Positions 8,626-17,880 of a stretch of 64,000 nt of DNA are shown here, one piece after another. The notes under the pieces are model-generated. The model was not told the DNA's origin. It saw only the letters and a list, made by a program, of their open reading frames with translations, and did not search any database. The DNA lies in assembly GCA_038213805.1 (NCBI GenBank), contig JBBQSO010000015.1, positions 14,265 through 78,264 on the forward strand, in the 5' to 3' direction. Each line of letters begins with the position of its first letter. Within the stretch, counting starts at the first letter, position 1. Source of the DNA: Planctomycetota bacterium (GTDB taxonomy: Bacteria > Planctomycetota > UBA11346). The position numbers and the translations under genes are program-made.

Positions 8626-10536
8626 ATGGACCAATCCGACCAGCCGAAGCGTGCCAGCCAGCGTCAGCGTACCGCGAGTGGCGCGTGGGTCGGCGTCCCG
8701 CCTGCCGTGCGCGTGCTGATCACCGGCTATCAGGTGCTGCACGAGCTCGGGCGCAGCCGCACCGGCGTCACCTACCGCGCCGTGCAGCTGTCGTTGCAGC
8801 GCGAGGTCGCGCTCACCGTGCTGGCCCCGGAGTTGGCGCGCCGGCCGGGCTGCGCGGAGCGCTTCGTCGCCGCGGCGCGCAGCGCCGGCGCCGTGCACCA
8901 TCCCAACGTCGTCGCCTGCTATGATGTCGGTGAAGACGAGGGACTGGTCTACCAGGCGCTTGAGCTGGTGCCGGGCGACGATCTCGCCGCGCACCTGGCG
9001 GCGCGCGGCGGCCGGCTCACCGCCAGGGAGGCGGTTGGCATCGTCGCCGAGTGTGCGCGCGGTCTGGAAGGCATCCATCGCGCCGGGCTGATGCACGGCG
9101 GGCTCTCCCTCGCCAACGTCATCATCTCCGCCGACGAAGCGGTGAAGCTCGCCAATCCCGCGCGGGCGCTCGTTGACGATGCGGAGTTGCCTGGGGAGCC
9201 CGGCGAGGAGGCGCTGTTCGCGCCGGAACTGGCCGGCGGCGGCGCGGCTCCGGACATCCGCAGCGACACCTATGCGCTCGGCGCCATCCTCTTCGTGCTG
9301 GTCACCGGCCGCGCGCCCTACGCGGCGCCCGACCCACGCGCGCTGCGCCTGCAGATCCTGCAGGCGCCGCCGCCCGACCCGCGCGACGACGCGCCGGAGC
9401 TGTCGCCCGCCCTCGCCGCGGTGGTGCTCAAGGCCTTGGCCAAGGACCCGGCACGCCGCTACGCGACGCCCACCCAGTTGCGCGAAGACCTCGAGCGCCT
9501 GCGCATCGACGCGACGCCGATCCATGCGCAGGTGCCAGCGAGCGATGGAGGCGACTACCAGCCGGGCACGCGCACGGTCTTCGCCCACACCCGTCCGTCG
9601 GCATATGCCGCCGAGGCGCGCGCCATCGACGCCGAGACTGTGCCGCCGACGCCACCTGCGCGCACCGCGCTCATCGTCGCGGCGGTGGCCGTCCTCGCTA
9701 TCGGCGCGGTGGCCTGGGGCTTGCTGCGTGGCGGTGCCCCGCCGGTGGTCGCCCAGGTCGCGCCGACAGTGGTGGCGGACGCGGTCGCCACCAGCCCCGC
9801 CGCCATCCCCGAGCCCGCCTGGCCCCGTCCGGCGTGGGCGGCGGCGCGCGGCGAGGATGCGCACGGCCGCTGGGCCGATCTCACCCTGGCCGGCCGCACG
9901 GTGCGCCTGCGCTGGTGCCCGCCCGGCTCATTCATGCTCGGCAGCCCACTCGACGAGGCCGGCCGCCACGCCGACGAGGGTCCCTGCCTGGCGACCATCA
10001 GCCATGGCTTCTGGTTGGCAGAGGTCGAAGTCGCGCAGGGGCTCTACCAAGCCGTGATGGGCGCCAATCCCAGCGCCTTCCGCGGCGACGACCTGCCGGT
10101 CGAGAATGTCACCTGGGACGAGTCCCAGGGCTTTCTGCGCCGTGTTAACGCGGCATTGGCCCTGCCGCTGGCGCGCCTGCCGACCGAGGCCGAGTGGGAA
10201 TACGCCTGCCGCGCCGGTGCACCGGGCGAAGTGCCGGCCGTCGGCTGGTTCGCCGCGAACAGCGGCAACCGCAGTCATCCCGTCGGCACCCAGCCTGCCA
10301 ATGCCTGGGGCCTGCACGACCTGCGCGGCAATGTCATGGAATGGTGCCAGGACTATCACGCCCCGTATCCCGCCGGCGCGGTCACCGATCCGCTCGGCTG
10401 GGACGGCATCGGCCGCATCGCCCGCGGCGGCGCCTGGGGCCACGCCGCGAACGAGGCGCGCATCGCGTTGCGCACGCGCTACCTGGCGATCGCGCACTTC
10501 TCGTTCCTGGGCTTCCGCTTCGCCATCGGGGGGTAG
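8626..10536 (+). CDS. Ser/Thr pseudokinase - transmembrane - FGE-sulfatase (SUMF1-fold) protein
   Basis: Kinase fold (HHPNVV, FAPE, SDTYALG, ALAKDPARRY) with degenerate catalytic motifs. TM helix (ALIVAAVAVLAIGAVAWGLL). FGE motifs PPGSFMLGS, RLPTEAEWEYACRAG, GLHDLRGNVMEW, RGGAW, GFRF. Confidence 0.88.
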   Translation: MDQSDQPKRASQRQRTASGAWVGVPPAVRVLITGYQVLHELGRSRTGVTYRAVQLSLQREVALTVLAPELARRPGCAERFVAAARSAGAVHHPNVVACYDVGEDEGLVYQALELVPGDDLAAHLAARGGRLTAREAVGIVAECARGLEGIHRAGLMHGGLSLANVIISADEAVKLANPARALVDDAELPGEPGEEALFAPELAGGGAAPDIRSDTYALGAILFVLVTGRAPYAAPDPRALRLQILQAPPPDPRDDAPELSPALAAVVLKALAKDPARRYATPTQLREDLERLRIDATPIHAQVPASDGGDYQPGTRTVFAHTRPSAYAAEARAIDAETVPPTPPARTALIVAAVAVLAIGAVAWGLLRGGAPPVVAQVAPTVVADAVATSPAAIPEPAWPRPAWAAARGEDAHGRWADLTLAGRTVRLRWCPPGSFMLGSPLDEAGRHADEGPCLATISHGFWLAEVEVAQGLYQAVMGANPSAFRGDDLPVENVTWDESQGFLRRVNAALALPLARLPTEAEWEYACRAGAPGEVPAVGWFAANSGNRSHPVGTQPANAWGLHDLRGNVMEWCQDYHAPYPAGAVTDPLGWDGIGRIARGGAWGHAANEARIALRTRYLAIAHFSFLGFRFAIGG

Positions 10537-10551
10537 CGCCGCGACCCGCGA

Positions 10552-10600
10552 GCTGTCAGCCGCCAGCCGTCCGCCGTTAGCTGTCAGCCATCAGCCATCA
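10552..10600. repeat. Degenerate heptamer tandem repeat (GCYRTCA x7) between convergent genes
   Basis: gctgtca gccgcca gccgtcc gccgtta gctgtca gccatca gccatca. The last unit supplies the pfp stop codon. Confidence 0.8.
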
Positions 10601-11830
10601 CCCATGCTGACCCGACACCACCTTCAATCCGGCCGGCTGCCCGATGCCCTTGAGCATCTCATCGAACCACGCGGTGGCGATGTCGAACGGCTTGCCACCT
10701 TTGATGCGCGGGAACTCGATCGCGCGCAGCACGCCGCCGCGTTCCTCATCGTGGCCGATCACCCCCGATTCGCCGCGCAGGCCGCAGTCGACGGCGAGGT
10801 CGACCATGCTCTTGATCAGGCGCAGGTCCTCGCTGTTGGCGGCCGAGGCGCGCACGTAGTAGCCGCTCTTCTGCACCAGCGCCTTCTCGGCGCCGAGCAG
10901 CTTGGCGAACTGCTTGCTGAACCAGGTGCCGACGTTGACCTTGTCGAGTTTGACGTGGCCGAAGGCATCGCGCTCGACGGTCTCGCCGCGCGACTCCATC
11001 TCTTTGACGATGGTGGCGACGCCGGCGCCCTCGCTGATGAACACGTTCACGCAGTCCTTGCGGTCCATCACCTGCTTCAGGCGCTTGGCCTCGGCGGCGA
11101 TGTCGAGCTCCATCTCGGGCAGGTAGACCGCATCCACGTCGAGGTGCGCGCGGCTGAGGTTGAAGTGCGGCAGGAACTCGCGGTGGGCGAGGCGCTGGCG
11201 GTAGGCGCGCGCGGTGGCTGCGGTCAGCCAGCCACAGCTGCGACCCATGACTTCGTGGACGATCAGCATGCGCGGGTTGGCGCTCTGCTCGTTCACCACG
11301 TTTTCGAAGAACACCGCGCCCTGCTCGGCCGCGGTCCATGCGCCCAGCGACTGGCGGATCGGCACCACGTCGTTGTCGATGGTCTTGGGCAGGCCGACCA
11401 CGGTCAGGTCGTAGCCGTGCGCCTTGAGGTACTTCGCCAGGTCGGCGGCGGTAGTGTTGGTGTCATCGCCACCGATGGTGTGCAGGATGGTGATGCCGTC
11501 GCGGCTCAGACGCTCGGCAGCCGCCTGGAGCGGATCCTGGCCCGCGCTGACCAGCCCACGCTTCAAGCAGTCGGCGACGTTGGTGAGCTTGACGCGGCTG
11601 TTGCCGAGCGGCGAGCCGCCGTGGCGGTGGAGGATGCCCGCGGCCGCGCGCACCTCTGCCGAGACCGGCACGGAATCGCCCAGCAGCAGTCCCTTGTAGC
11701 CGCCCAGGTAGCCAATGATCTCGACCTCCGGCGCGAGGTCGGTGTAGCGCTCGATCAGACCGCCCACGGCGGACGACAGGCAGGGGGCGAGACCACCGGC
11801 GGTGAGCATCGCGACTTTGTGCTTGGGCAT
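10598..11830 (-). CDS. pfp: Pyrophosphate--fructose-6-phosphate 1-phosphotransferase (PPi-PFK)
   Basis: LTAGGLAPCLS, GGSPLGNSRVKLTN, IGGDDTNT (the GGDD form marks PPi dependence), PKTIDND, HEVMGR. Confidence 0.93.
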   Translation of the reverse strand: MPKHKVAMLTAGGLAPCLSSAVGGLIERYTDLAPEVEIIGYLGGYKGLLLGDSVPVSAEVRAAAGILHRHGGSPLGNSRVKLTNVADCLKRGLVSAGQDPLQAAAERLSRDGITILHTIGGDDTNTTAADLAKYLKAHGYDLTVVGLPKTIDNDVVPIRQSLGAWTAAEQGAVFFENVVNEQSANPRMLIVHEVMGRSCGWLTAATARAYRQRLAHREFLPHFNLSRAHLDVDAVYLPEMELDIAAEAKRLKQVMDRKDCVNVFISEGAGVATIVKEMESRGETVERDAFGHVKLDKVNVGTWFSKQFAKLLGAEKALVQKSGYYVRASAANSEDLRLIKSMVDLAVDCGLRGESGVIGHDEERGGVLRAIEFPRIKGGKPFDIATAWFDEMLKGIGQPAGLKVVSGQHG

Positions 11831-12110
11831 GTGCGGGACTCCGGAAACGGGTCTGGGGAAGGAGGGAGGCGCGTTCTAGCCGCCTGTCCGCTTCAGGCCA
11901 GGAGAAGGTGGGGTCCGGAACAGGCTTCCGGTTGGAACGGATGCAGGAGTATCCCTCGCAGTTGCCGGTTCCGCCCGGGAAATCCCGCTCACCCCGGGCG
12001 GGCCGGTCGCAGGTCGGGGACAGTGGGCGGATATCGGAAGGCCAAGCCAAAGCACCGGTTCCCAGGACCGCCGTGATCCACGATCTGCCGCGACCGCGGA
12101 TCGCGCACGC

Positions 12111-13664
12111 CTATTTCACGGGCGCGCCACCCTGCAGCAGCCCCGCATCGCGGATCAGCTGGGCGATCTTCGCCGTGGAGCCGACCACCTCGAGCACCAG
12201 CTGCTGCTTGGCGGCGGTGGTCTTGAGCGCGGCGCTGCATTCCGCGGCCGGCAGCACCTGTTGGTTGACGCCGCCGCGCACCTGGGCGAGCACGCGCACC
12301 AGCGCGGTCACGTTGCACTGCACGGCGAGCAGGGCGGGCTGGCCCTCGGGGACGGTGGCGCCCTGCAGGCGCTTGACGATTTCCTCTGCCGGCGCCTGCG
12401 CGGCATGCATGGTCGACGCCACCTGGACGAGCTGACGGTCCGTGGCCACCTGCACTGCGTCGCCCTGGGGGCGCGCGATGTGGAAGCCGCTCGCGGTGCC
12501 GGCCGTCACCGGGGTGGTGGTGGCGCCCTCCAGGCCCTGGGCGAGCGCTTCACCGAAGCCGAGCAGCTCATGGGCGCGGGTCTGCTCGCCGGCGAAGCGC
12601 AGTTCGGCCAGGAGGCGGTCCTTGAATTCGACGTCGAGAGCGGCGGCCCACGGCCCGCTGCGGTCGGCGATCGCCCAGATGCCCTTCCAGGCCTCGTCGA
12701 CCACCGGCGTCCAGCGCGCGCCGCTGGCGGCCTGCGCGACCTCGCCAGCGATCTGCCCGACGCGCTCGGCCTGGCCCTGCCAGACGATGGCGCTGGCCAC
12801 GGTCAGCCAGGTCAGCGGCGAGCGCACCGTCGGCACCAGCCGATTGGGCTGGTTGCGCTGGTTGGCGATCCACGCGGCGAGCGGCGAGTCGGCGAGCGCC
12901 TGCACCCGGCCGCTGGTCCGGATCAGGTCGTCGCTGTCGGAACGCACCTCCCAGGTGATGGTCTCGAGCTGCGTGGCGAGTTCGCTCCACAGGCGCGTGG
13001 CCATGCCCTTCTGGCCCAAATCGATGGGGTAGGCGAGCAGGTCCGCCGGCAGCCAGCCGGCGACGCCGTCCAGGGCGATGCCGCCCGGCTGCAGGCTGCG
13101 CAGGAAGGCGCCGGAGGCGGTGAAGGACAGCGGCGCGTCGCTGGCGCTGGGGACCAGCGCGTGCGCGGCGAGCTGGCGGCATTCCGCAACCGTGCGCGCC
13201 AGGAAGGCGGTGTTGTCGCTGATCAGCAGGCGGTACTCGCTCAGTCCCTGGTCGTCGTTCTGGCTGTAGACCACGGTGCCGTCGCGCTCGCCGACGCGCA
13301 CCATCGGCGCTTCGTCGCCGATGGTGGTGCCGAAGTGTTCGAGGAAGCCGCGACGGTTGGCGAGCGGGATCACCGCCAGCAGCGGCGCGCGTCCCTCGCG
13401 CCAGGCCATCAGCGCCGGCCGGGTGAGGTCGATGCCGTCGAAGGCGTCGGCGCGGAACAGCAGGCGCGCCAGCCAGGCGCGCAGCGGCGCCGGATCGCTG
13501 CCCAGGGTGGTGGCGAACTGGGTGCTCTCGCGGTCGAGCCAGCGTGGGTCGTTGACGCGCAGCACCGCCAGCGCGGCAGCGAGCGGATCGGCCGGCGCCG
13601 CTGGCTCCGCGCCGCGCGCCAGGCCGACGCAGACCAGCAGCAGGCTCAGGGCGATCCGGCGCAT
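12111..13664 (-). CDS. Secreted hypothetical protein
   Basis: 517-aa ORF with signal peptide MRRIALSLLLVCVGLARG, GGAGG RBS, host-like codon usage. Confidence 0.75.
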   Translation of the reverse strand: MRRIALSLLLVCVGLARGAEPAAPADPLAAALAVLRVNDPRWLDRESTQFATTLGSDPAPLRAWLARLLFRADAFDGIDLTRPALMAWREGRAPLLAVIPLANRRGFLEHFGTTIGDEAPMVRVGERDGTVVYSQNDDQGLSEYRLLISDNTAFLARTVAECRQLAAHALVPSASDAPLSFTASGAFLRSLQPGGIALDGVAGWLPADLLAYPIDLGQKGMATRLWSELATQLETITWEVRSDSDDLIRTSGRVQALADSPLAAWIANQRNQPNRLVPTVRSPLTWLTVASAIVWQGQAERVGQIAGEVAQAASGARWTPVVDEAWKGIWAIADRSGPWAAALDVEFKDRLLAELRFAGEQTRAHELLGFGEALAQGLEGATTTPVTAGTASGFHIARPQGDAVQVATDRQLVQVASTMHAAQAPAEEIVKRLQGATVPEGQPALLAVQCNVTALVRVLAQVRGGVNQQVLPAAECSAALKTTAAKQQLVLEVVGSTAKIAQLIRDAGLLQGGAPVK

Positions 13665-13684
13665 GGGTAGGCCTCCACTCTACC

Positions 13685-13713
13685 AGGATACGCCTGGGGC
13701 GGCCGGGAGGCAA
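13685..13713 (-). promoter_or_regulatory. Sigma70-type promoter for the 12111-13664 gene
   Basis: TTGCCT-17 bp-TATCCT on the minus strand, 20 bp upstream of the ATG. Confidence 0.6.
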
Positions 13714-13744
13714 GGCGGGTTTACCGGGGGCGCGGCCGGGCGCC

Positions 13745-14542
13745 TCAGTGCGTGGGTTCGGCGTTGGCGAAGCGGATGATCAGCACCGATTCGCAGGCCT
13801 CGATGAGGCGCATGGGGGCGACCTCGATGTGCCAGTGGTCGGCGGTGGTCGAACGCACCGCGGCCTTGACCGTGCCCAGGACCAGGCCGGGGGGCACGCG
13901 GGTGTCGGAATTGGCGGTCACCACCTGCAGGCCGGGGACCACGCTCAGGCCGTCGCGGTCCTCGACGAAGTCGAGCAGCAGTTCGCCGCGCTTGCCGACG
14001 CCGGTCAGCACGCCTTCGGCGAGCAGGCGCTGACCGTCGATCAGCGCGGCGGGGATGCGACTCTCGTTGTCGGTGATCTCCTGCACCAGGCAGCGGCCCT
14101 CCTGGACGCCGGCGACCAGGCCGACCAGGCTCCAGCCGGCGCACACCGCCATGCCCTTGGTGACGCCGTCGACCGCGCCGGCATCAAGCTCGCAGTAGCG
14201 CCGGCCCTGGCGCTGGTTGCGCGCGATGATGCGTGCGCGCACCACCACCGCCTGCTCGGGCGGGATGCCGCCTTCGCCGCGCACCTGCGCGTATTCGGCC
14301 AGGCGCGTGCGCAGGGTGATGTTCTCGGCGTTGAGCTGCACGACCTGTTCTTGAGCGGCGACGAGCTGCTGGGCGAGCTCGCTGCCGGCCGCCGCGGGCT
14401 GGCCGGCCAGCCCGCGCTGCCAGGGATCCAGTGGGGCGGAGAGGCGATGCCAGGCGGCGGCGAGCAGCCCGGTCCGGGACAGCACCAGCGTGACCACGAG
14501 GGCGATGGCAGCCGCCAGCAGGTGGCGGGAACGCGTGGTCAT
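13745..14542 (-). CDS. mreC: Rod shape-determining protein MreC
   Basis: N-terminal TM, coiled coil (QLNAENITLR), ARIIARN, LDAGAVDGVTKGMAV, LVGLV, VVTAN...PPGLVLGTV. Start taken at MTTRS. Confidence 0.82.
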   Translation of the reverse strand: MTTRSRHLLAAAIALVVTLVLSRTGLLAAAWHRLSAPLDPWQRGLAGQPAAAGSELAQQLVAAQEQVVQLNAENITLRTRLAEYAQVRGEGGIPPEQAVVVRARIIARNQRQGRRYCELDAGAVDGVTKGMAVCAGWSLVGLVAGVQEGRCLVQEITDNESRIPAALIDGQRLLAEGVLTGVGKRGELLLDFVEDRDGLSVVPGLQVVTANSDTRVPPGLVLGTVKAAVRSTTADHWHIEVAPMRLIEACESVLIIRFANAEPTH

Positions 14543-14750
14543 GGGCGCATGCTGGGCTGGGCGGCACCCCTGGCAAGCGCAGGCCGCCAGGGATGGGGAG
14601 GCGAGAGCCACGGGGCGCGAGGGCAGTGCGACGCATCCGGGCGCCGGCGGTCCGCTGCTGGCGGGGTGACGACCTGGGACGCCGTCACCTCAGGGACAGG
14701 GCGGCTGTCCCGCACGCCTCGCGCCGGCGCCCCGGGTGCGAAAGATGCGC

Positions 14751-14780
14751 TTGCCAGCACGAGCCGCTGCGGGGTACCAT
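14751..14780 (+). promoter_or_regulatory. Possible sigma70 promoter for the response regulator
   Basis: TTGCCA-18 bp-TACCAT. Confidence 0.4.
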
Positions 14781-14825
14781 GCTGCGGAAGAACGTGTCGG
14801 CGTCGGCGTCGGCCCTGGAATCCTG

Positions 14826-15992
14826 ATGACCATGGCTCTGCACATCCTGCTGGTGGACGACCGCCCGGACTCGGTGCTCTTCCTCGCCGAATTCCTGCTC
14901 GCGCGCAGCCACCGCGTCGAGACCTCGAACAACGGTGCCGAGGCGCTCGAGGCGATCGTGCGGCGCACCCGCAGCGGCGACGCCTACGACCTGCTGATCA
15001 GCGACGTGACCATGCCCGGCATGGATGGGCTGACCCTGGTCCGCGAGCTGCGCCGGCGCCAGCTGCTGATCCCGACCGCGCTCTATACCGGTTTCTCGGC
15101 GGTGAATCCCAACCTCCACCAGCAGGCCACCCAGCTCGAGTGCCTGGCCGTGATGGAGAAGCCGCTCGAACTGCGCCGTATCGAGCGCCTGGTCGAAGAG
15201 GTCATCGCCCGCCGCACCGGAACCGCCCGCCGCCAGCTCACCGCGCGCTCCACCCGCGATGACAACCAGCCGTTCTTCGGCACCTCGCGCGTCATCGTCA
15301 AGCCGGGCGGTCGGCGTCCGGACGCCGGCACCGGTGAATCGCGCACCGGTGCGCTCGAGCGCAAGAGCGACCTGCATCCGGTGGTGCGCGAGCCTGCGCC
15401 GCCGTCCCTCGAACTGCCGTCCACACCCGCCGCCACCGGGCAGACGGGCGCCTTCACCGCCCAGCTTGGCCGGCGCACCGGCAGCACCCAGGCGGCGGCG
15501 CAGATCCCCGGCACCGATCCGTTCACCGCCCCTGGCAGTCATCGCATCCAGGCCGTGCCGCTGCCGCCCCCGCCGGTGCTGCCGCCCCTGCCGCCGCCCC
15601 CGGGCGCGGCTGACAACGGCAACGGCAACGGCAACGTCTCGCGCACCCGTTATCCGACCGCCATCACCCAGGCTTTTTCGCAACCGCAGGCCGAGCAGCC
15701 GCCAACCACCGGTCTGGTGCGCCGCCAGGCCGGACTCTTCACCCACACCGGCGGTCACTACTCCACGCTCTCGTCGACGCGCATCCGCCGCGGCGTCGGC
15801 GGCGCCAGCCCGCTGACCCCGCCACACGGCCATACGGAGCAGCCTCCGCCCTCCGCCCAGCCGCTCACCAGCAGCTCGCGCGCCGTCGCCTGCGCGCACT
15901 GCCGGCGCGTCTTCGTGGTGCTGGTCAAGCCGGAGAGCTTCACCGCGATGTGCGTGAACTGCGGGAAGTTGAATCGCATAGATCCGCTTTGA
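14826..15992 (+). CDS. Response regulator: REC domain, long Pro/Thr/Gly-rich disordered region, C-terminal zinc ribbon
   Basis: LLVDD, LLISDVTMPGMDG, LYTG, MEKP; C-terminal CAHC-x16-CVNC. Confidence 0.85.
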   Translation: MTMALHILLVDDRPDSVLFLAEFLLARSHRVETSNNGAEALEAIVRRTRSGDAYDLLISDVTMPGMDGLTLVRELRRRQLLIPTALYTGFSAVNPNLHQQATQLECLAVMEKPLELRRIERLVEEVIARRTGTARRQLTARSTRDDNQPFFGTSRVIVKPGGRRPDAGTGESRTGALERKSDLHPVVREPAPPSLELPSTPAATGQTGAFTAQLGRRTGSTQAAAQIPGTDPFTAPGSHRIQAVPLPPPPVLPPLPPPPGAADNGNGNGNVSRTRYPTAITQAFSQPQAEQPPTTGLVRRQAGLFTHTGGHYSTLSSTRIRRGVGGASPLTPPHGHTEQPPPSAQPLTSSSRAVACAHCRRVFVVLVKPESFTAMCVNCGKLNRIDPL

Positions 15993-16164
15993 GGAGTCCG
16001 GAAGTCCGGGAGCCCGGAAGTCCGGAAGTCCGGAAGTCCGGAAGTCCGGAAGTCCGGAAGTCTTGGTTTCCCGAGGTTTCAGGTGCTGTCCCCGACGAAA
16101 CCATGGATGTGGATTGGCTGTCTCTCCGACTTCCGGACCTCCGGACCTCCGGACTTCCGGACCC
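15993..16164. repeat. Octamer tandem repeat (GAAGTCCG)x~9, 65-bp spacer, inverted (GACYTCCG)x~4.5
   Basis: Directly visible at 15993-16062 and 16128-16164; the arms are reverse complements. Confidence 0.92.
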
Positions 16165-16231
16165 GTCAGCATGACCGGTCCCGCGGCCCCGACCCTGGTC
16201 GGCGCCCCGGTCCCGGTCATGCTGACGCCTC

Positions 16232-17173
16232 ATGAGCGAGACCATCGCCGCCGCCGTCACCGCCTACCTGGATCACCTGCGCGACGTGCGCCAGGCGAGC
16301 GTGCACACCCTGCGCGCGTACCGGCAGGAATTCACCGCCTTCCTCGCGTGGCGGCAGCGCGAGGCGCCGGAAACGGTGGTGCTTGACCAGCTGCAGGCCG
16401 GGCTGTTGCGCGCCTACGTCGCGGCGCGCGCGGGCGGCAGCGGCGGCGTGGCCCCGGCGGCGGCGAGCGTGGCGCGCACCGTCGCGGCGCTGCGCGCCTT
16501 CGGCCGCCACCTGGCGGTCACTGAGCGGCTTGCCGCCAACCCGGCGGCGCTGCTGCGCGCGCCGCGCGTCGGGCGCAAGCTGCCGCACTACCTCGAGACC
16601 GAGGCGCTCGAACGTCTGCTCGCCGCGCCACCGGGCGAGGATGAGGCGGGGACCCGCGACCGCGCCATCCTCGAGGTGCTCTACTCCACCGGCCTGCGCG
16701 TCGGCGAACTGGTCGCGCTGCACGACCGCAGCCTGGATCTGATCGGCGGCGTCGCGCGGCTGCGCGGCAAGGGCCGCAAGGAGCGCCTGGCGCCGCTCGG
16801 TCGCCCGGCGGTGCGCGCCTTCGAGGCCTACCGCGCGGTGCGCGATGGCGTGCACGGCCGCGATCCCGGCGGCCGCGCCAGCTTCCTGAGCGTGGCCGCC
16901 GCCAAGCGCGGCGGCGGCGGCGGCCGCGCGCTCAGCACGCGCGACGTGCACCGCATCGTCGGTCACCACCTCATCGCCGCCGGCCTGTCGGCGCGCACGA
17001 CGCCGCACACCCTGCGCCACACCTTCGCCACCCACCTCGTCCAGGCCGGCGCCGACATCCGTGCGGTGCAGGAGCTGCTCGGACACAGCAGCCTCAACAC
17101 CACGCAGATCTACACGCATCTGACCATCGAGGCGCTGCGCGAGGTGTACCGCAAGGCGCATCCGCGCGCGTAG
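16232..17173 (+). CDS. xerC: Tyrosine recombinase XerC/XerD
   Basis: [46 protein letters not shown]...[32 protein letters not shown]. Confidence 0.88.
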   Translation: MSETIAAAVTAYLDHLRDVRQASVHTLRAYRQEFTAFLAWRQREAPETVVLDQLQAGLLRAYVAARAGGSGGVAPAAASVARTVAALRAFGRHLAVTERLAANPAALLRAPRVGRKLPHYLETEALERLLAAPPGEDEAGTRDRAILEVLYSTGLRVGELVALHDRSLDLIGGVARLRGKGRKERLAPLGRPAVRAFEAYRAVRDGVHGRDPGGRASFLSVAAAKRGGGGGRALSTRDVHRIVGHHLIAAGLSARTTPHTLRHTFATHLVQAGADIRAVQELLGHSSLNTTQIYTHLTIEALREVYRKAHPRA

Positions 17174-17406
17174 CACTCAATCAGTACGAGCGATGGCTTG
17201 ATTTTTTTTCCGGTTCATAGGGATGTCCCGCAATGGTCGCGAACGGACTCCAGAATTCTGATAGGAAAGCGTCGAGACGAGGTGTCATACGGTCCACGGT
17301 AGGCCCGTGAAATGCGCAAAAGTAATATAATAGGCGCTCCTCAAGCCAATCAACCCTTTGAGCACGTCCACAATGGTTGAGCTGATCACTTTTCCGATGA
17401 CGGCAC

Positions 17407-17829
17407 TTGAGCTTTGAAACAGTAACTGTTTTCGTCGTCGAGGATAACCAAGGCGATATCGACCTGTGGGGTTTAGTCCTTGAAGACCCTGCTCTCTCAG
17501 ATGTGGTCGGCATCGAAACCAATGGCGCAGATGCGATGGTGCAGCTTGAAAATAAATCCCGCACAAGCCGGCCATTCAGATTGGTCATAGCTGATCGCTA
17601 CGTGTCGTTGGTGGATGGTCTCGCTCTCGTGTGGAGAATGACCCAGGATCCTGTGCTTTAGAAGACCCCGATCGTCATCTTGACTGGCTCGGTCATGTCT
17701 GCTGAGACAGCGCTACCCTGCCTGTATTTCGAAAAATCGATGAACTATGATGGATGGCGAGGCTGGGTGAATACCCTGCGACGCCTCTACCAAACTGCAT
17801 TTTGCACGACCGGCATGTTCGGCGGCTAG
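17407..17829 (+). pseudogene. Single-domain response regulator interrupted by an in-frame TAG (17659-17661)
   Basis: VFVVEDNQGD...LVIAD...DGL...DPVL*KTPIVILTGS...YFEKS: the REC sequence continues in frame past the stop to TAG at 17829. Confidence 0.75.
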
Positions 17830-17880
17830 GGCACCGAAACCGCGCATTTACTTTTTGGCTAACTTGGCATACCGACAAGC

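Noticed and set aside
9900..10536. FGE/CLec domain as a diversity-generating retroelement target
   Set aside because: No reverse transcriptase and no template repeat differing at adenines was seen in the window.
16232..17173. Integron or phage integrase driving the islet
   Set aside because: The sequence has typical chromosomal XerC features and host codon usage; I see no IntI-specific insertion or attC-like sites.
17181..17588. 135-aa minus-strand ORF at the left edge of the islet
   Set aside because: No recognisable motif, and it overlaps the better-supported REC pseudogene.
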